NCBI RefSeq assembly: GCF_020745735.1
Contig: NC_083401.1
Coordinates: 77,001,740-77,065,739 of the forward strand
Reading direction: 5' to 3'
Source: Hemiscyllium ocellatum
Lineage: Eukaryota
DNA length: 64,000 bases
Part shown: positions 27,101-42,100 of the stretch, piece after piece
Position numbering within the stretch: position 1 is the stretch's first letter
Layout of the letters: each line of letters opens with the position of its first letter
The notes under the pieces: model-generated
Databases searched by the model: none
What the model was told of the DNA's origin: nothing
The model's input: only the letters and a program-made list of their open reading frames with translations
Program-made: the position numbers and the translations under genes

Positions 27101-30100
27101 ACTGTATTAGCTTCTATACAATGTGCTTCAATTTTGCCAACCAATCTCTTGTATGGGATCTTATCAAAAGTTTCTGAAGATCCAAATATAAATATATATA
27201 AACATCCAAACTTATATCCATCTACTCCCCATAATAAATGTTGTTAGTAGCTTACTCAACAAGTTCATCAAACATGATTTCCTCATTGTAAATCCGTGCT
27301 GACTATGCCTAATCAAATTTTTTTTCTTCAAGTATAGATATCAAGGCCTTCATGATAGATTCTAATATTTTCATATTATTGATGTAAAGTCGATGGGTTT
27401 GTAGTTTATATTATCTTCTCTTGCTCCTTTTTTAAATAATGGAATGATATTTGTTTCCTTCTAATTTGCTGAAGTCATTCCAGAATCCATAGAATTTGCA
27501 AGATCATCAAAATGCATCAATGCCTACTATAGCCATGTCCTTTAACACTCTGTGATGTAGACTATCACGTTCTGGGAACCTAACAACTTGTAATGCTGTC
27601 AAATTCTCTTGTTCAACATTTTTGCTAATTTCCTTCAACTCCTCTTTCTCCCTAGTCACTTAGATCTCTAATTCTGGGATATTTCTTATGTTTTCTTCAG
27701 TGAAAACAAACATAAGTGTTTGTGTAGCTTCTTTAAGTAACTTCTCTGTCATTTCTCTGTTCTCCCTTAGCAATTCTCTTGACTTTACTTTTAATGGAGC
27801 AACATTTGTTTTAGCCAAACATTTCCTTTTCACATACCATGGAAGCTTTTACAGTCCATTTTTATGTTTTTGCTAGATGGCATTAATGTTCTATTCTTTC
27901 GCTCTTTATCAATTTTGTGGTCCCCTTTCACTGTATTCAAAAAACTTTCAGTACTCACATTTATTATTATTTCCAGCCATTTTATATGCCCCTTCTTTTA
28001 AACTAATACAATCCTTAATGTTCTTTGTAAGCCATAGCACAGACTTTTCTTTTTTAAAACTTTGCCAATTGACGGAATATATAGTTGCTGTAAGCCATTA
28101 CCTATTACCTAGGTTTTCCATTACCTATGTACAGTCATGCCTTTTAATGCACTTTCCCAATTTAGCCCAGCCAATCTCATGCTTTTGTCATTTCCCTTAA
28201 TCATATAAAACATTTTTTATGTGGGTTGACCTACCTTCTCCAAAAGCAGAATGTGGATTTGTGTCATATTGTGTTCACGCATCGCTAATGGTTCTTTTGC
28301 AGAAAGTTTATTAATTAACTCTTTCCATTAGATAGTACTAGATCTAAAATAGCATGTCCTTTAGTTGGCTCCTCAACATACTGTTCTAGAAAATCATCTC
28401 TGACACAGTCCAGAAACTGGTCCTCCACAGCTTTAGTTCACAATTAGTTAAAGTCTATACACAGATTAAAGTCTGTGTTGCCTGTACTACATCCTTCCGT
28501 CTTGATTAATACCATGCCGCACACTACCAGTACTATTTGGCGGCCTATTAATAACTTGAATCAAAGTCTTACTACCCTTTGTTATTTCTTAGTTCTACTC
28601 AAACAAATTTCACGTATTGCTTTCCTGATCTGAGACCCTCGCTTTCCAAAGTATTGATTCCGTCCCTTATTATTTGTGCAACTCTACTCTCTTTTCCTCC
28701 TTGTCTGTCTTTCTTAAAATTTGAATATCTGTGTATATTTGTTTACCAGCCATTAATCAGCCATGTTTCTGTAATGGCAATTTGATCAAAACCATTTACC
28801 TCTATTTGTGCCTTTGACCTTAGGTCATTAACCTTGTTGTGAAAGCTTTGTGTATTCAGATAGTGTTTGTCTTTGAGAACACTGTCTTTTTACATTATTC
28901 CACATTCCAGGTAGACCTGTACTTGATGGTAGTTTTTTTTTCTTTTTCTGTCTTCAACTTTTCTACTTCTGGATATCCACTTACCTTCTTCCAATTTGGG
29001 GTNNNNNNNNNNNNNNNNNNNNNNNNNNNNNNNNNNNNNNNNNNNNNNNNNNNNNNNNNNNNNNNNNNNNNNNNNNNNNNNNNNNNNNNNNNNNNNNNNN
29101 NNNNNNNNNNNNNNNNNNNNNNNNNNNNNNNNNNNNNNAGTTAATAACAGCTCTTAATATCAAATTTGACCCAGTGAAGCATCAAGGAGCCCTAGCATAC
29201 TTGGAATCAGTGGGCATCAGGGGAAACTCTCGGCTGTTGGAGTCATATCTGGCACATTGGAGGATGGTTGTGGTTATTGAAGGTCAGTCATGTCAGTTCC
29301 AGGACATCTCTGCAGGAGTTTCTCAGGGTAGTGCCCTCGGCTCAATCATCTTCAGCTGCTCAGAAGTGGGCATTTTTGCTGATTATACAATGTTCAGCAT
29401 TACTTCTGACTCCTCAAATATTGAAGCATTAGGTGCTCAGATGTAGCAAGACCATGACAGCATTGTTTTCTTGCCTCACTATTTTTAAATTGGTACTGCA
29501 TTGCCATCATACCAGTACTTCCATAATGTTCTTTTGCTTTTGCCATTTCAGCAAAGATACCATCACACAAACATATTCAAAGGGACAATAGCTAAGGACC
29601 GCCAAGGAGAAAATTACAGCTTTTGGTTGATCTAATTTGATTCAGAAACAGCAAAAAAAGCCTTTTCATCCACATTGGCTCAGCTTTATGACAATGAGGC
29701 GTAATAGATAGATTGGACATTGATAATGGTGCATGTTGGCACTTCTGATGTGATCTGCAATGATAGAACCTGTTTAGCACTGGCATGTTGATTTATTTCA
29801 TGAAATCCCTGTCATTTATATAATCAATTTAAAAAAAGTAAATTATTTCTTTTGACAGTATTTCAATTTTATCCCCGCTTTTATTTTTATTTTACAGGCA
29901 ATATAAGAAAAGTGAGATCTGTCCTAACTTGAAGAAGAGCTCGTGTTCCTTTGAATACCCAGAGTTAGACATTTTAGGAAATTATGCAATTACTGTAGAG
30001 GCACAGAATGCTCTCGGCAAAGTCTCATCTGATCCTTTAGACCTGGACATTTGGCATACTTGTAATTATCAATATTTCATTCAACAATCTATGTTGTGCA

Positions 30101-33100
30101 GTAATTTTCAAAGCCATTGTAAGCGTGAAAGTGTCAGTAAAATGGGGGAAAATAGAACACGCATTATGTTCCTGAGAACATCCTTCTTTATTGTACACTT
30201 TCCTTTCAAATAGCAATACACATAAGACTATAAGACATAGGAACAGAAAAAGGCCATTCAGCCCATTCCATCTGCTCTGCCATTCAATGAAATTATGGCT
30301 AATCTGATAACCCTTAACTCTATTTTTCTGCCTTTTCCCCATAACCCTTGATTTCCTTTAGATTAAACATCTGTCTATCTCAAGTTTAAATACTTATTTA
30401 ACAACCTAGCCTTGACATTCCTCTGTGGTAAAGCATTCCATAGATTTAATACCACCTTACAGAAGAAGTTCCTCCTCATCTCTGTCTTAAATGTGCAACT
30501 CCTTATTCTGAGATTATGTCCTTTGGTCCTAGGCTGTCCAACAAGGGGAAACAACCCTTCCACATGTATCCAATGTCCCTAAGAATCTCGTCTGTTTCAA
30601 TAAGATCACTCCTCATTCTTCTCAATTCCAATAAATACAAGTCCAACCTGATCAATGTCTCCCCATAAGACAGCCCCTCTATACTTGGTGTAACCAAGTG
30701 AACCTTCTTTGGACTGTCTCCAATGGCAGTGTATCTTCCTTTAGAAAGTGCTCAAAACTGTTCACAGTATTGTGGGCGGCACGGTGGCACAGTGGTTAGC
30801 ACTGCTGCCTCACAGCACCAGAGACCTGGGTTCAATTCCCGACTCAGGCGACTGACTGTGTGGAGTTTGCACGTTCTCCCCGTGTCTGCGTGGGTTTCCT
30901 CCGGGTGCTCCGGTTTCCTCCCACAGTCACAAAGATGTGCGGGTCAGGTGAATTGGCCATGCTAAATTGCCCGTAGTGTTAGGTAAGGGGTAAATGTAAG
31001 GGTATGGGTGGGTTGCGCTTCGGCGGGTCGGTGTGGACTTGTTGGGCCGAAGGGCCTGTTTCCACACTGTAAGTCTAAGTCTAAGTATTCCCTGACTGAT
31101 GCCTCCTATAGTTTAGCAAAGAACAGTATGAGTGGCCTGTTCTTCATTCTCAAGGTTGGTTGCGACTCCGCTTCGACGTTCCAAATTGACTGTAAATGTT
31201 CTCAATTGTCTGCCTGTGCTCCCAGAAAGGGGGAACCAGCCATTCCTTACCCATAACTGGTAAAAGAGTACAGAGGCAGGGAAATATCAGGGAATCCATC
31301 ATGTCTCTCTCAAAATTTACTTTTGGTCCTGCCTCCAAATCACATTCCTCAGTAATGCTATAATTTTTCTCAATGTATCCAAGAATATGTTCACTTAAGA
31401 ATGGCTAATATAGGCTAAGATGAACATGAAGCAATCTCATTGTCATTTGTTTTTTGAAATTTTAATAAATGCAAGATAACTTGACTGATTACTGGTTTAT
31501 TCTTTAATACAGGGAAAACTGATCCACCTTGGAATGTAACTGTTCACTCTATCCTGGGTCAATCAAGGTCTTTGCTTGTAACATGGTGCAAACCTAAAAT
31601 GGCACCACCAAACCTTCCATTATATTATGTTCTGCAATATCAAGCCATTGGTACAAGCAAATGGATTCAGGTACACAACCATTTGAATCAATTGTAAGCC
31701 ACTGTTTTGAACTAGCATGCCACCAAAGTGCAAACAAATAGTGTTTCAAGTTCTGTGTAATATTTTATCTATGTAACTAATAGTTTGAAATGTATCTTGT
31801 TTGTGACAACATTAGACTGTATTTGTCTGCTCACTTAGCCATCTAAATCCCCTTGAACTCTTGATGAATCAAGCTGATAACACACATTCCCACTTAGTTT
31901 TGTGTCATCCACAAACTTGGGAATATTTCATCTGGCATCCTCATGTATATCAATGATCATGAGTTTGACTTCTAAGTTTTCCTGGAATGTTAAAAGAACT
32001 TTGGTCTTTAATGACTAAAACAAAACTAAGATGCTGATCAAAACTGATCGAACTTCAGATGCTGGAAACCGGAAACAGTGCTGATCCTTGTGACATCCAC
32101 TAGTCATAACCAGCCAACCGGAGATCTACTCATTATTCCAATGCTCAGCTTTCTTTCTGTTAATCAACGCACAATGCAAGCTAACATATTACCCTCTTTC
32201 ACATGTACGTGAATGTTGTGTGCAACTTATCAAAAGCTTCCTGACCATCCAAATATAAATAGACAAGCAGAACCAGACTATCATCATGCCTTTTAAATAC
32301 ATTTTTCCAAATCCATCACAGCCAACTTGCTTCCAATACTTCTATGGTTCAAGAGTCTTGTTTTAGATTGAATTACATTGTTTTCAAACATAATGGAATA
32401 ATCCAGCATATTTTGGGTACTCTTTTCTAAACATTATTTTACAAGAGTAATTTGACCCTTTTTATTGTATAAAGCTAGATCTAAAATAGCCTATTCCTTT
32501 TTTGGATCCTTAAAATCCTGCTGGAGAAACCAATTTGTACAAATTCCTGAAATCCAGCCCCCATCAAATTGGTGCTCATTAGATTTGCTCATTCTATATG
32601 TAGATTTAAGTAGTCCATGCTAATTGCAGCACCTCTAACTCAATGATTTGTACTGTATGCTACATTACCACAACTGTTTGGTGAGTTTACAAAAAGTCTA
32701 CCAATGTTTCTTGCCCTTTGCTTTTTCGAGCTCCACTTGGACAGATTTATACTGTGTGCCACATTAGCACAACTGTTTGGTGAGTTTAAAAAAAATGAAA
32801 TCATCTTTTGATTTAAGATGCTCTCTCACCAATATACAGATCACATCCTAAATTAAAAATACCACCTTAGTTCCTTTCTCTTTTTGTCTGCCCTTCTTAA
32901 ATATTGAATATCCTTGAATATTCATAGCCGTGGTGACTTTTCAGCCATGTTCCCATAATGGCAACTAGATTATGCTGTCATCTTCTATTTATGCTATCAA
33001 TTCACCCACCTTGCTGTGAATGCCTCATGAATGTTATTCTGCTTTTGCTCTATTTGATGTTGGTATTTGTTATTGGTGTGTTCCATTTTTACCTCCTACT

Positions 33101-36100
33101 TTTCTACTTCCCATTGCCAGTTTTGATTGCCTCATTTCTGAAAAGGGTCATTCAACCCGAAACGTTAACTCTGATTTCTCTCCACAGATGCTGCCAGACC
33201 TGCTGGCCTTTTCCAGAAATTTCTATTTTTGTCTTTGATTGTCTCATTTCTGTCTTGCCTCTCAGGATCCCAACACCCTGACAAGCCAACTTAAACCATG
33301 CCAACAACATGAGCAAATCCTCCTGGGACAGTCATGTAGTGATAATGTTATTGGACTAGTAATTCAGAGGCCAGGCTAATGCTTTAGGGGGATACCAGTT
33401 CTAATCCCACCATGACATCTAGTGGAATTTAAATTCTATTCATTAATAAAAATCTGAAATATAAACCTCATTTTAGTAATGGTGATCATAAACTTATCAC
33501 GGACTGTCATAAAAATCCATCTGGCTCAGATTCTTCACAGAAGAAAACCTTTCATTCTTAGTCAGCTAACCCACATTTGGCTCTAGATCTACAGTGGCTG
33601 ATGCATGACAACTCCCTGAAATTGCCTAGCAAGCTATTCAGTTCAAGGGCAATTGGGGATGGTCTTCTCAAACACCGGTTAACAATTTAGTTCTTGATCC
33701 ATCTTTTTTTTCCAGAAAAGTTATTACTGGTGTGACATTTTGCATTCATTGCTGTTTGAATTAAATACAATTATTTATACATGCCCATTACATTTCTTAG
33801 GTAAAAGAAGAAACAACTAGTAACACTTCATTTGTGCTTAAGAACCTCAAACCCTTCACCAACTATACAGTGGCTGTGCGATGCATTGGTAAAGACCAAA
33901 TTTACTGGAGTCAATGGAGCTCAATGAAAACTGGAGTAATCTCTGAAGATAGTATGTATTAAAATTTTACAATATTAATAGAACTTCTGGACTAATAGCT
34001 GCATATTTTGGGATGTTTCTTGTTAGGAGGCCAGTGAGCTTTTTCATTGTACGTTACCACGTGTACCTCATTAACTACAGACCCTGCTGCAACTTTTTTC
34101 AACTTGGATTTTTCCACATGCCATTCTCAGAACACCTCACCATTCACTGAGTACATGCTCAAAAGACCAGCACCACTTGCACCCATGCATCTTTAGAAGT
34201 TCACTGTATACCCAGCAATCTGGTGTTGGCCCTCACTGGTAAAGTAACAGTACATTATCCACAAAGCCATGCTGCTCACAGCACATAGCCAACATAGCTG
34301 AACTCTCCCACATACAATCCACTCTCTCACCATAATCACTGTTTATCCACCAGGCCTCATAGTTTACCTGTCCTCAGCTACACCCTGTTTTAAAAACTCC
34401 CTCTAAGTCATAGCTACTCTGACTCCAATACCAAATGTGCAGCCACATCTTGTCCTTGTGCAGTAGAAGATCATTATATGCAAGCAAGCCATTGGACAAT
34501 TCCAAACATGAGCTTTAATTGACAGTAGCAAAAATCAAACAAACCAAAATGATCGAGGTTGCATTTTGCCCTGTTGGTGTAATCCACCTGTTGGCAGGAT
34601 AACCAGTGTGAGTTATTCAGTCCATGATGGTCTGCTGCACCTGGCTTTCACCCACAGGCACTGGATGTCAATCAGGTTCAACTCTATCGTGTCCTTGTCT
34701 CTTCATTGGAAGATTGCTGCTTTCCCCGACGCCTCAGTATCTGTCATGTCCTCTCGTGGCCTCCTCCAACACTGTGGAGCACAGCACTCCAGGATGATGC
34801 AGCACACTCTGTATGGGTCATACTGCAGGGGCACCTCAAACCATTCCAAGCAGAAAAACCCCATCTTCAGCAGTTGCTTATTCACTTATAGTTCTGGTTG
34901 AGGAATGGGCAATATTGTATCTGTGCTCCACATCAGTCAGGGGCTTGTGCAATGTTGTCCTGAGCCGTGCTGCAATTGGTAGCCCTGTGCCCCAGTAACC
35001 AGCCTTGTAAGGCACCAGGTACATGGGAGTCCTCCAGAATAAAGGAGTGGTGGCAGCTGCCGGGATAGTAGGCACACATCTCCAGGAAGTGTAATGGATT
35101 GTAAGCCTTCCCTCTGATGAATTCCACAGTATTGTGACACTGCCCTTTCAGTGCCAAGTGGGTGGGATTGATGGTCCCTGCCTCCGGAGGAACCAGCTAT
35201 GTTTGCACTATCCAGGTTCCAGTCTAAACTTGTCATGGGAAAATAACAGGAAAATGAGCCAGTGTGATATTGCACCTATGGCATCAGTACAACACAGAGA
35301 TCCCATTCAGGTCGCCCATCAATCACTTAGGTTCTCTCATGTGTAGCTTGTTTGATATGTTAATAAGATAGGAAACTAGATTAGTGAGGTGAGTTGTGGC
35401 ATTAACTGGTAATTTGCTGCTGTCTAGTGCTAATTTCAACCTGCTGCTTGATAAATCATGCATGATGCAAAGAGGTGAGTGTGAAGTAGTGAATAGCCTC
35501 TGCAACTCCTTACACATTTCTACCACTCAATCCAGCCTAGCCCACATTGCTCTTATCAGACTGTACCCTATATTGCCAAACAAAGCACAGAACAGGTTGG
35601 TGTTTGTTGTCAATGGACTCAACATTGATAAATCAAGCTTTTCACTGCTGTAAGGATATTTTTCCATCTGACATTGTTACTCTCTGACCTTTTGCACTAA
35701 CCTTGATGTACAAAAATTTGAACAGCAACAAAGATATTTCTGTCTCTTCTATGTCTGTCTCTCTGAACCTTTCCACAATAGCCTTTCTTCTCTGAACCCA
35801 ATGTATTTCACATTATGCTTACTGAAAGCAGTTCAGTTTTAGTTTTATATTTGAGACTGCAGCAACATAAGAATCCTTGTTAACACAGCACTCCTGCAGA
35901 AATGAGAAAGCATCAATAATGAAGACAATATGACAAAACATATAGGAGCAGAGTTAGGCCATTCAATCCATCTGGTCTGATCCACCATTCGATCATGGCT
36001 GATTATGTTTCTCAAGTTCATTGTCCTGCCTTTTCCTTTAACCTTTGATCTCCTTACTAATCAAGAACCTACCTATGAACATGAACATCTGAAGACTGAC

Positions 36101-39100
36101 TTATTTCATTAAAGTAAGACATGGAATAAGTGGATTGTTCAGGATGAAGTTTAATAGAGTTCTGTGTTTATTTTATACTTCCTCTTGTTGTTTGCAGATC
36201 CATTAACGGGACCCTCTATTTGGAGAAAAATTAAAAATCTTGATTCTGAGGGAAAGAGAAAAGTGCATGTTCAGTGGAAGGTAGCTTTAAAATGTTACGT
36301 GATTGTCAAGAGATAAATTTGGACCAACAAATTATATTAACCTTGGGAGAATTGCATTAACTTTGCTTTAAATTTGCAGCCCTCTTTGTTTATCTATCAC
36401 TCTCGTTGTTTGCTTCCTGGTATTCTTTCTGTGATGGGTTTTCTTTCTGTAAAGATTCCATCCCTCTTCTTTTGCTTCATCTCTGTCATATCTGTTCTGA
36501 CACTGTCACATTATGCATAAAAGCTTCTAAAATGTCTTCCTATCGGCTAAGGATTCCACCCTACAATAATTTGAGGTTAATTCCATCCAATTTTTAGTTC
36601 TTCAGATTTCAATCTCCAGTCTCTTACCCCCCCCCCCCAACTCCTTCTGACCCAAAAGAAGTGCGATGATAAACTCCTTCGTTAATAGTGGATGTTGTCA
36701 GGTCACTTCTTCCTGATATTTTTACCCTAACAAACCTCTCCCAGTTTTTCCCCTGATATCTTGCTAATGATTGATCATGGTGCTCTCTAATATTCTCAGT
36801 TCTAGTTCTGAGGAAGGGTCACTGGACCCAAAATGTTAACTCTGACATCTCTCCACAGATACTGCCAAACCTGCTGAGCTTTTCCAGCAACTTCTGTTTT
36901 TGTTACAATTCCAGGAAATTCAGCTTTACTTTGTGAAGAGTCACTGGACTCAAAATGTTATCTGATTCTGCCAGACCTGCTGAGTTTCTCCACAAAGTCC
37001 TGGTTTTGTTTGCTTCAGATTGCTACGTCCTGCAGTTCTTTGTTTTGTTTTATTTTACTTTGTTTAGTTTCTTCTTTAAGTTAACTCTTGGAGTCCAGGT
37101 ATCATTTTGGTAAATCTCATTGAACCCCATCTTAGACCAGTATAGGCATTTTGGAATAAACCTTCTCACAGATGTTATTACATGTCTCTGAAGCAGGTGG
37201 AACTTGAACCTGGGCCTTCTGGCTCAGACGTAGAGGTACAACCACTATGTGACAAGATCCCTATTCAAGACTGGTATGTCCTTTCAAGGATGTGGTGTCC
37301 AAAACAGTTTTGATGACTCTAGGTGAGGTCTAACCAGGTCCTTGTACAGTTGAAGTAACATTTCTACTCCTTTATATTCAAATCCCTTCTCTTAGCCTCT
37401 TTGTTTACTTCCTGCATCTGTTCATTATATTTTAATACCTAGCCCAGCAAATACACTAGTGTCTCCCCTGTTTCTACCCAATCACCAGTTAAAAAGTATC
37501 TTTTCTATTCCGTTATGTCTCCCAAAGTGGATGGGCCCATTCTCTTAATCCATCGCTTTTCCATATATACTGCATACAATACTTATTTTTGTGTCATCAA
37601 CAAATGTGGATATATGACTTTCTATGCCATCATCTAAGTTGTTAATTAATACTGTGAATTGTCAAAGTGAAATACATATTATTTTAATGTGATTTTCTAC
37701 CAACTGAGTTACAGTCTTGGCTGCAGAAATGCCATTATGGACAGCTAAGATGAAATAATTGTGGTTTGATTATGAAAGGCTTTTTAGCAATTTTTACTTT
37801 CAGTAGGTATCTATTTTAAATTGATCTTCCAGTTAGTGTTGTTTGTATCTACGCAAATTCTAGAAGTCAGAATTTATAGTTTTCCCAACATCTTTAATTT
37901 TCCAAATTGCGCAAGCATAAGGGGATACAAGAAGTGAGAAATGACTCAGAGTTTGTGGGGAAATGGTATTATTTTCAGTTATGTACTACTTGTCAAATTA
38001 TTAGCATCTACTATGATCTTGAATATGCACTGATACAAATCTATAAGCCTTACCATGAAAAATAATGGGAAGTGAAATTATTTTCAAAATGACTTGTTAT
38101 TTTTGTTGCAGGCATTAAACAGGTCCAAAGCCAATGGAATCATCTTAGGATACAGAGTCTGGTATGAGAAAAGAAGAGATCGAACAATCATACAACAGTT
38201 TAATACAACATCTTTGAACTCGTCTTTCCTCCTGACCCGTGATGCATACATGATAACTGTAATTGCTTATAACTCAGCTGGTGATTCTCCTGAAGCCACT
38301 TTGAAAGTTCCGGCAGTAAACCAAATGGGTATGTTTTACTGTCCTTACTATATAACAATTACTTAACTAAAATCTTTTCAAAATACCACAGAAGAAATTA
38401 TTAATATTAATATCTGAAATGTTATGAAAAGCCTTTTTGCTGTGCTTAACTCCAAAGTACTTCTTCCCAATCACCACTTTATAGTCTCCACTAGTCTCTC
38501 ATCTCAAAACTTTAGATAAAAAGCTAGACAATTATGCATTCTCCAAAGGATGAGTTGATGTTTTGCACAAACTCAAAGTATCACCTGCTGCCCCTCACTC
38601 CAAGTTACTTCATCCCTTTCCCATGTATCTGCTAGAATTCAATGAGGCAAAATCCTGAGTACAGATTCTGGACCAAATGGGATTTGAACTGAGGCTAATG
38701 ATACCTCCAATAAAATGCTAGAATAGACCCCTTCTACATTGTCAATTATATGGTGTACTCCAACTAATGTTACACATCTCCTAGTGACCAGTTTCAGAGT
38801 CATTGACTGACCTGAACGGACCGTACTGGATAGCAGCTTGCCTCATGCAGTTTTTGTCAGTAGAAATCAACAAGTAAAATGGCGATATTATTAGTCCTGC
38901 TTCCTAACAATATAAGACATATTCTTATTAGTTTATTAGGCTTCATGCTGCAATGTGCATTAATGTCTCTGCATCTTTTTTTTAAAAGATGATCTTCCAG
39001 CTGTTCAAGACATTACCACAACATCACAGAATAACCAACTGCTCATACACTGGAACACTTCAAGGCCACCTGATGATGGATATGTCATTGAATGGTGTTT

Positions 39101-42100
39101 GATATTGAATGCAAGTTCATGTGCAGGGCCATTACACTGGCAACATGAGCCCAACACTTCCAAAATGGCATACTTACAGGGTAAGCACTTACAATAACAT
39201 TAAAAGAGACTTTCTTTTTTATTTATTCATGGGATGTGGATGTCATTGACCAGGCCATTATTTATAGCCCATCTGTTATTGAGAGTCAATCATATTGCTG
39301 TGCATTTGGATTCATACATGGACCAGACTAGGTAAGGGTGGCATATTTTCTCCACTAAACAACATTAGTAAACTGACAATTTTTCCTGACAATTGGCAAG
39401 GGTTTTATGGTCATCTTTAGACCTGTAATCTCTGATTTTAAAAAGTTGAGTTCAAATTTGCCATGACAGGAATTGAACTCAGTCCCCAGAGCATTAGCTG
39501 GGTCTCTGGATTAATAGTCAAGAGTGTGGTGGTGGAAAAGCACAGCAGGTCAGGCAGCATCCGAGGAGCAGGAGAGTCGACGTTTCGGGCAAAAGCACTT
39601 GATGAAGGGCTTTTGCCTGAAATGTCGACTCTCCTGCTCCTCGGATGCTGCCTGACCTGCTGTGCTATTCCAGCACCACACTCTCGACTCTAATCTCCAG
39701 CATCTGCATTCCTTGCTTTCGCTGTCTGGATTAATAGCCCAGTGTTAATGTCACTAGGCTATCACCTTCCCTGTCTGGGTATTAGTCTACAATGAAATGA
39801 CCACTGTGGAGAATACACTGTGGAGAGAGACAGCTATTCCTTTCACCCCATTTCCATCTTTATTTCCTGAGGATGTTGACTTTTACTGGGATTGGGCTCC
39901 ATGGATCATTTGAAATTATACCTTCTTCTGGGTGAGCTGAAATGACCAGTAAGATTCATCAGTAATATTCTCACCTAATAACCACATAACAATCTTTTGA
40001 GGGTTCTCCAGACTGGCAAGCAGGGCTACTCATCTCAATTTCATCTCATCTCATTCTACTCACACCACTTCCATCGTGATGGCCATCAAATATAGAACAT
40101 AGAACAGTACAGCACAGAGCAGGCCTTTCGGCCCTCAATGGTATGCCAGGGGGATTGCACTCCTCTGTGACCTGACCACCAACTGTACTCCCATTTCCAA
40201 GTATGTATGTGCTGCCATTCTAACTTTCCATTGCTTATCAATGTCTTTGCAAATGCTGAATTTAATGTTGAACATTAGAGAACTCTGGAAAGCTTACCAA
40301 TAATGTTATTCTAAATAAAGCCATTAGAGTTGTAATAGATATTATACCATCAAGCCAGGGGTCAACTCTGGTTCAATAGAGAGTGCAAGACAGCATGGTA
40401 GGTTCAGCATAGAGATCAGAGTGGTGCTGGAAAAGCACAGCAGGTCAGGCACTATCGGAGGAGCAGGAAAATCGACATTTCGGGCAAAAGCCCTTCATCA
40501 GGAATCCATCAGGCATACCTAAGAATGAGCTGTCAACCTGTTGAAGCTACCAAACAGGACTATTTGCATGCCAAACACCATAAGCAACAAGTGATAGAGC
40601 TAAGAGACTTCCACACTAACAGATCAGTTCTAAACTCTGCAGACCTGCCATATCCAGTTATGAATGGTAGCAGACAGTTAAAAAATGCACTGGACGAGGA
40701 GACTCCACAAATATCCCCATCCTCGATGATGGAGGAGCCCAGTACATCAGTGCCAGAGATAAGGCAGAAGCATTTGCAACAATCTTCAACCAAAAATGCA
40801 GAGTAAAAGATGATCCATTCCAGCCTCTTCCAGTGGTCTCCAGCATTACAGATACCAGTCTTCAGCCACAAAAATGTAAATTGCTGGAGAAACGCAACAG
40901 TACTGACAGCATCTGTGGAGAGAAATGAGAGTTAACCCTTCGGGTCGTGTTGCGCCCTTCCTCAGGGTTGTGTACTAGATCCAGTTTTCAGCCAATTCAA
41001 TTCACTCCACTTGATATCAAGAAAGGAGTGGAGGTCCAGGATACTGCAAAGGTTACAGGCCTTGATAACATTCTGGCAATGATATTGAAGACTTGTGCTC
41101 CGGAACCTGCTTCTCCCCAGCCAAGCTGTTCCACTACAGTTACAACACTGGCATCTGCCCGACAATGTGGAAAATGTGATCTGTACAAGAACAGGAGGAC
41201 AAATCCAACTCTGCCAATTACCGCCCCATCATTCTACTCTCAATTATCAGTCGAGTGATGGAAGGTGTCATCAACAGTACTATCAAGCAGCACCTACTCA
41301 GCAATAACCTTCTCAGTGACACCCAGTTTGGGTTCTGCAGGTCCCAATCTCACTACAGCCTTGGTTCAAACATGGACAAAAGAGCTCAATTCCAGAGGTG
41401 AGCTGAGAGTGACAGCTCTTGACGTCAAGGCCAGATTTGACCGGGTGTGACATCAACAAGCCTTGGCAAAATCGGGGCAAACTCTCTGCTGGTTGGAATC
41501 ATACCTGACACTTAGGAAGATGGTTGTGGTTTTTGGAGGTCAGTCAACTCAGCTTAAGGAGTTCCTCAGGAAAAGGTCCTAGGCCCAACCATCTTCATCT
41601 GCTCCATCAATGACCTTCCCTCCATCATAAAGTCAGAGGTGGGGATGTTCACCAGTAATTGCACAGTGTTCAGGACCTTTTGTGACTCCTTAGATACTGA
41701 AGTAGTCCATGCTCAAATGCAACAAGATCTGGATGATATCCAGGCTTGGACTGAAAAGTGCCAGGCAATGACCATCACCAATAAGAGACAATTTAATCAG
41801 TGCCCCTTGATATTCAATGGTGTTGCCATCACTGAAACCCCCTATCAACATCTAGAGGTCACAATTGAGCAGAAACTCAACTGGACTCCCCACATGCACA
41901 CAGTGGCTACAAGAGCAGGTCAAAGGCAAGGCATACTGCAGTGAGTAACTCAACTCCTGACTCACCAAAGCCTATTCACCATCAGAAGCATGCTCCCCAA
42001 CTGCCTGGATGGATGCAGCTCCAACAGCACTCAGGAAGCTTGACACCATCCAAGACAAAATGGCCCACTTGATTGGCATAATATGCACAAATATCCACTC

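Noticed and set aside
29003-29138. Gap hiding a missing exon
   Set aside because: The flanking exons join in phase 2-2 and the protein is collinear with gp130/IL31RA across the junction.
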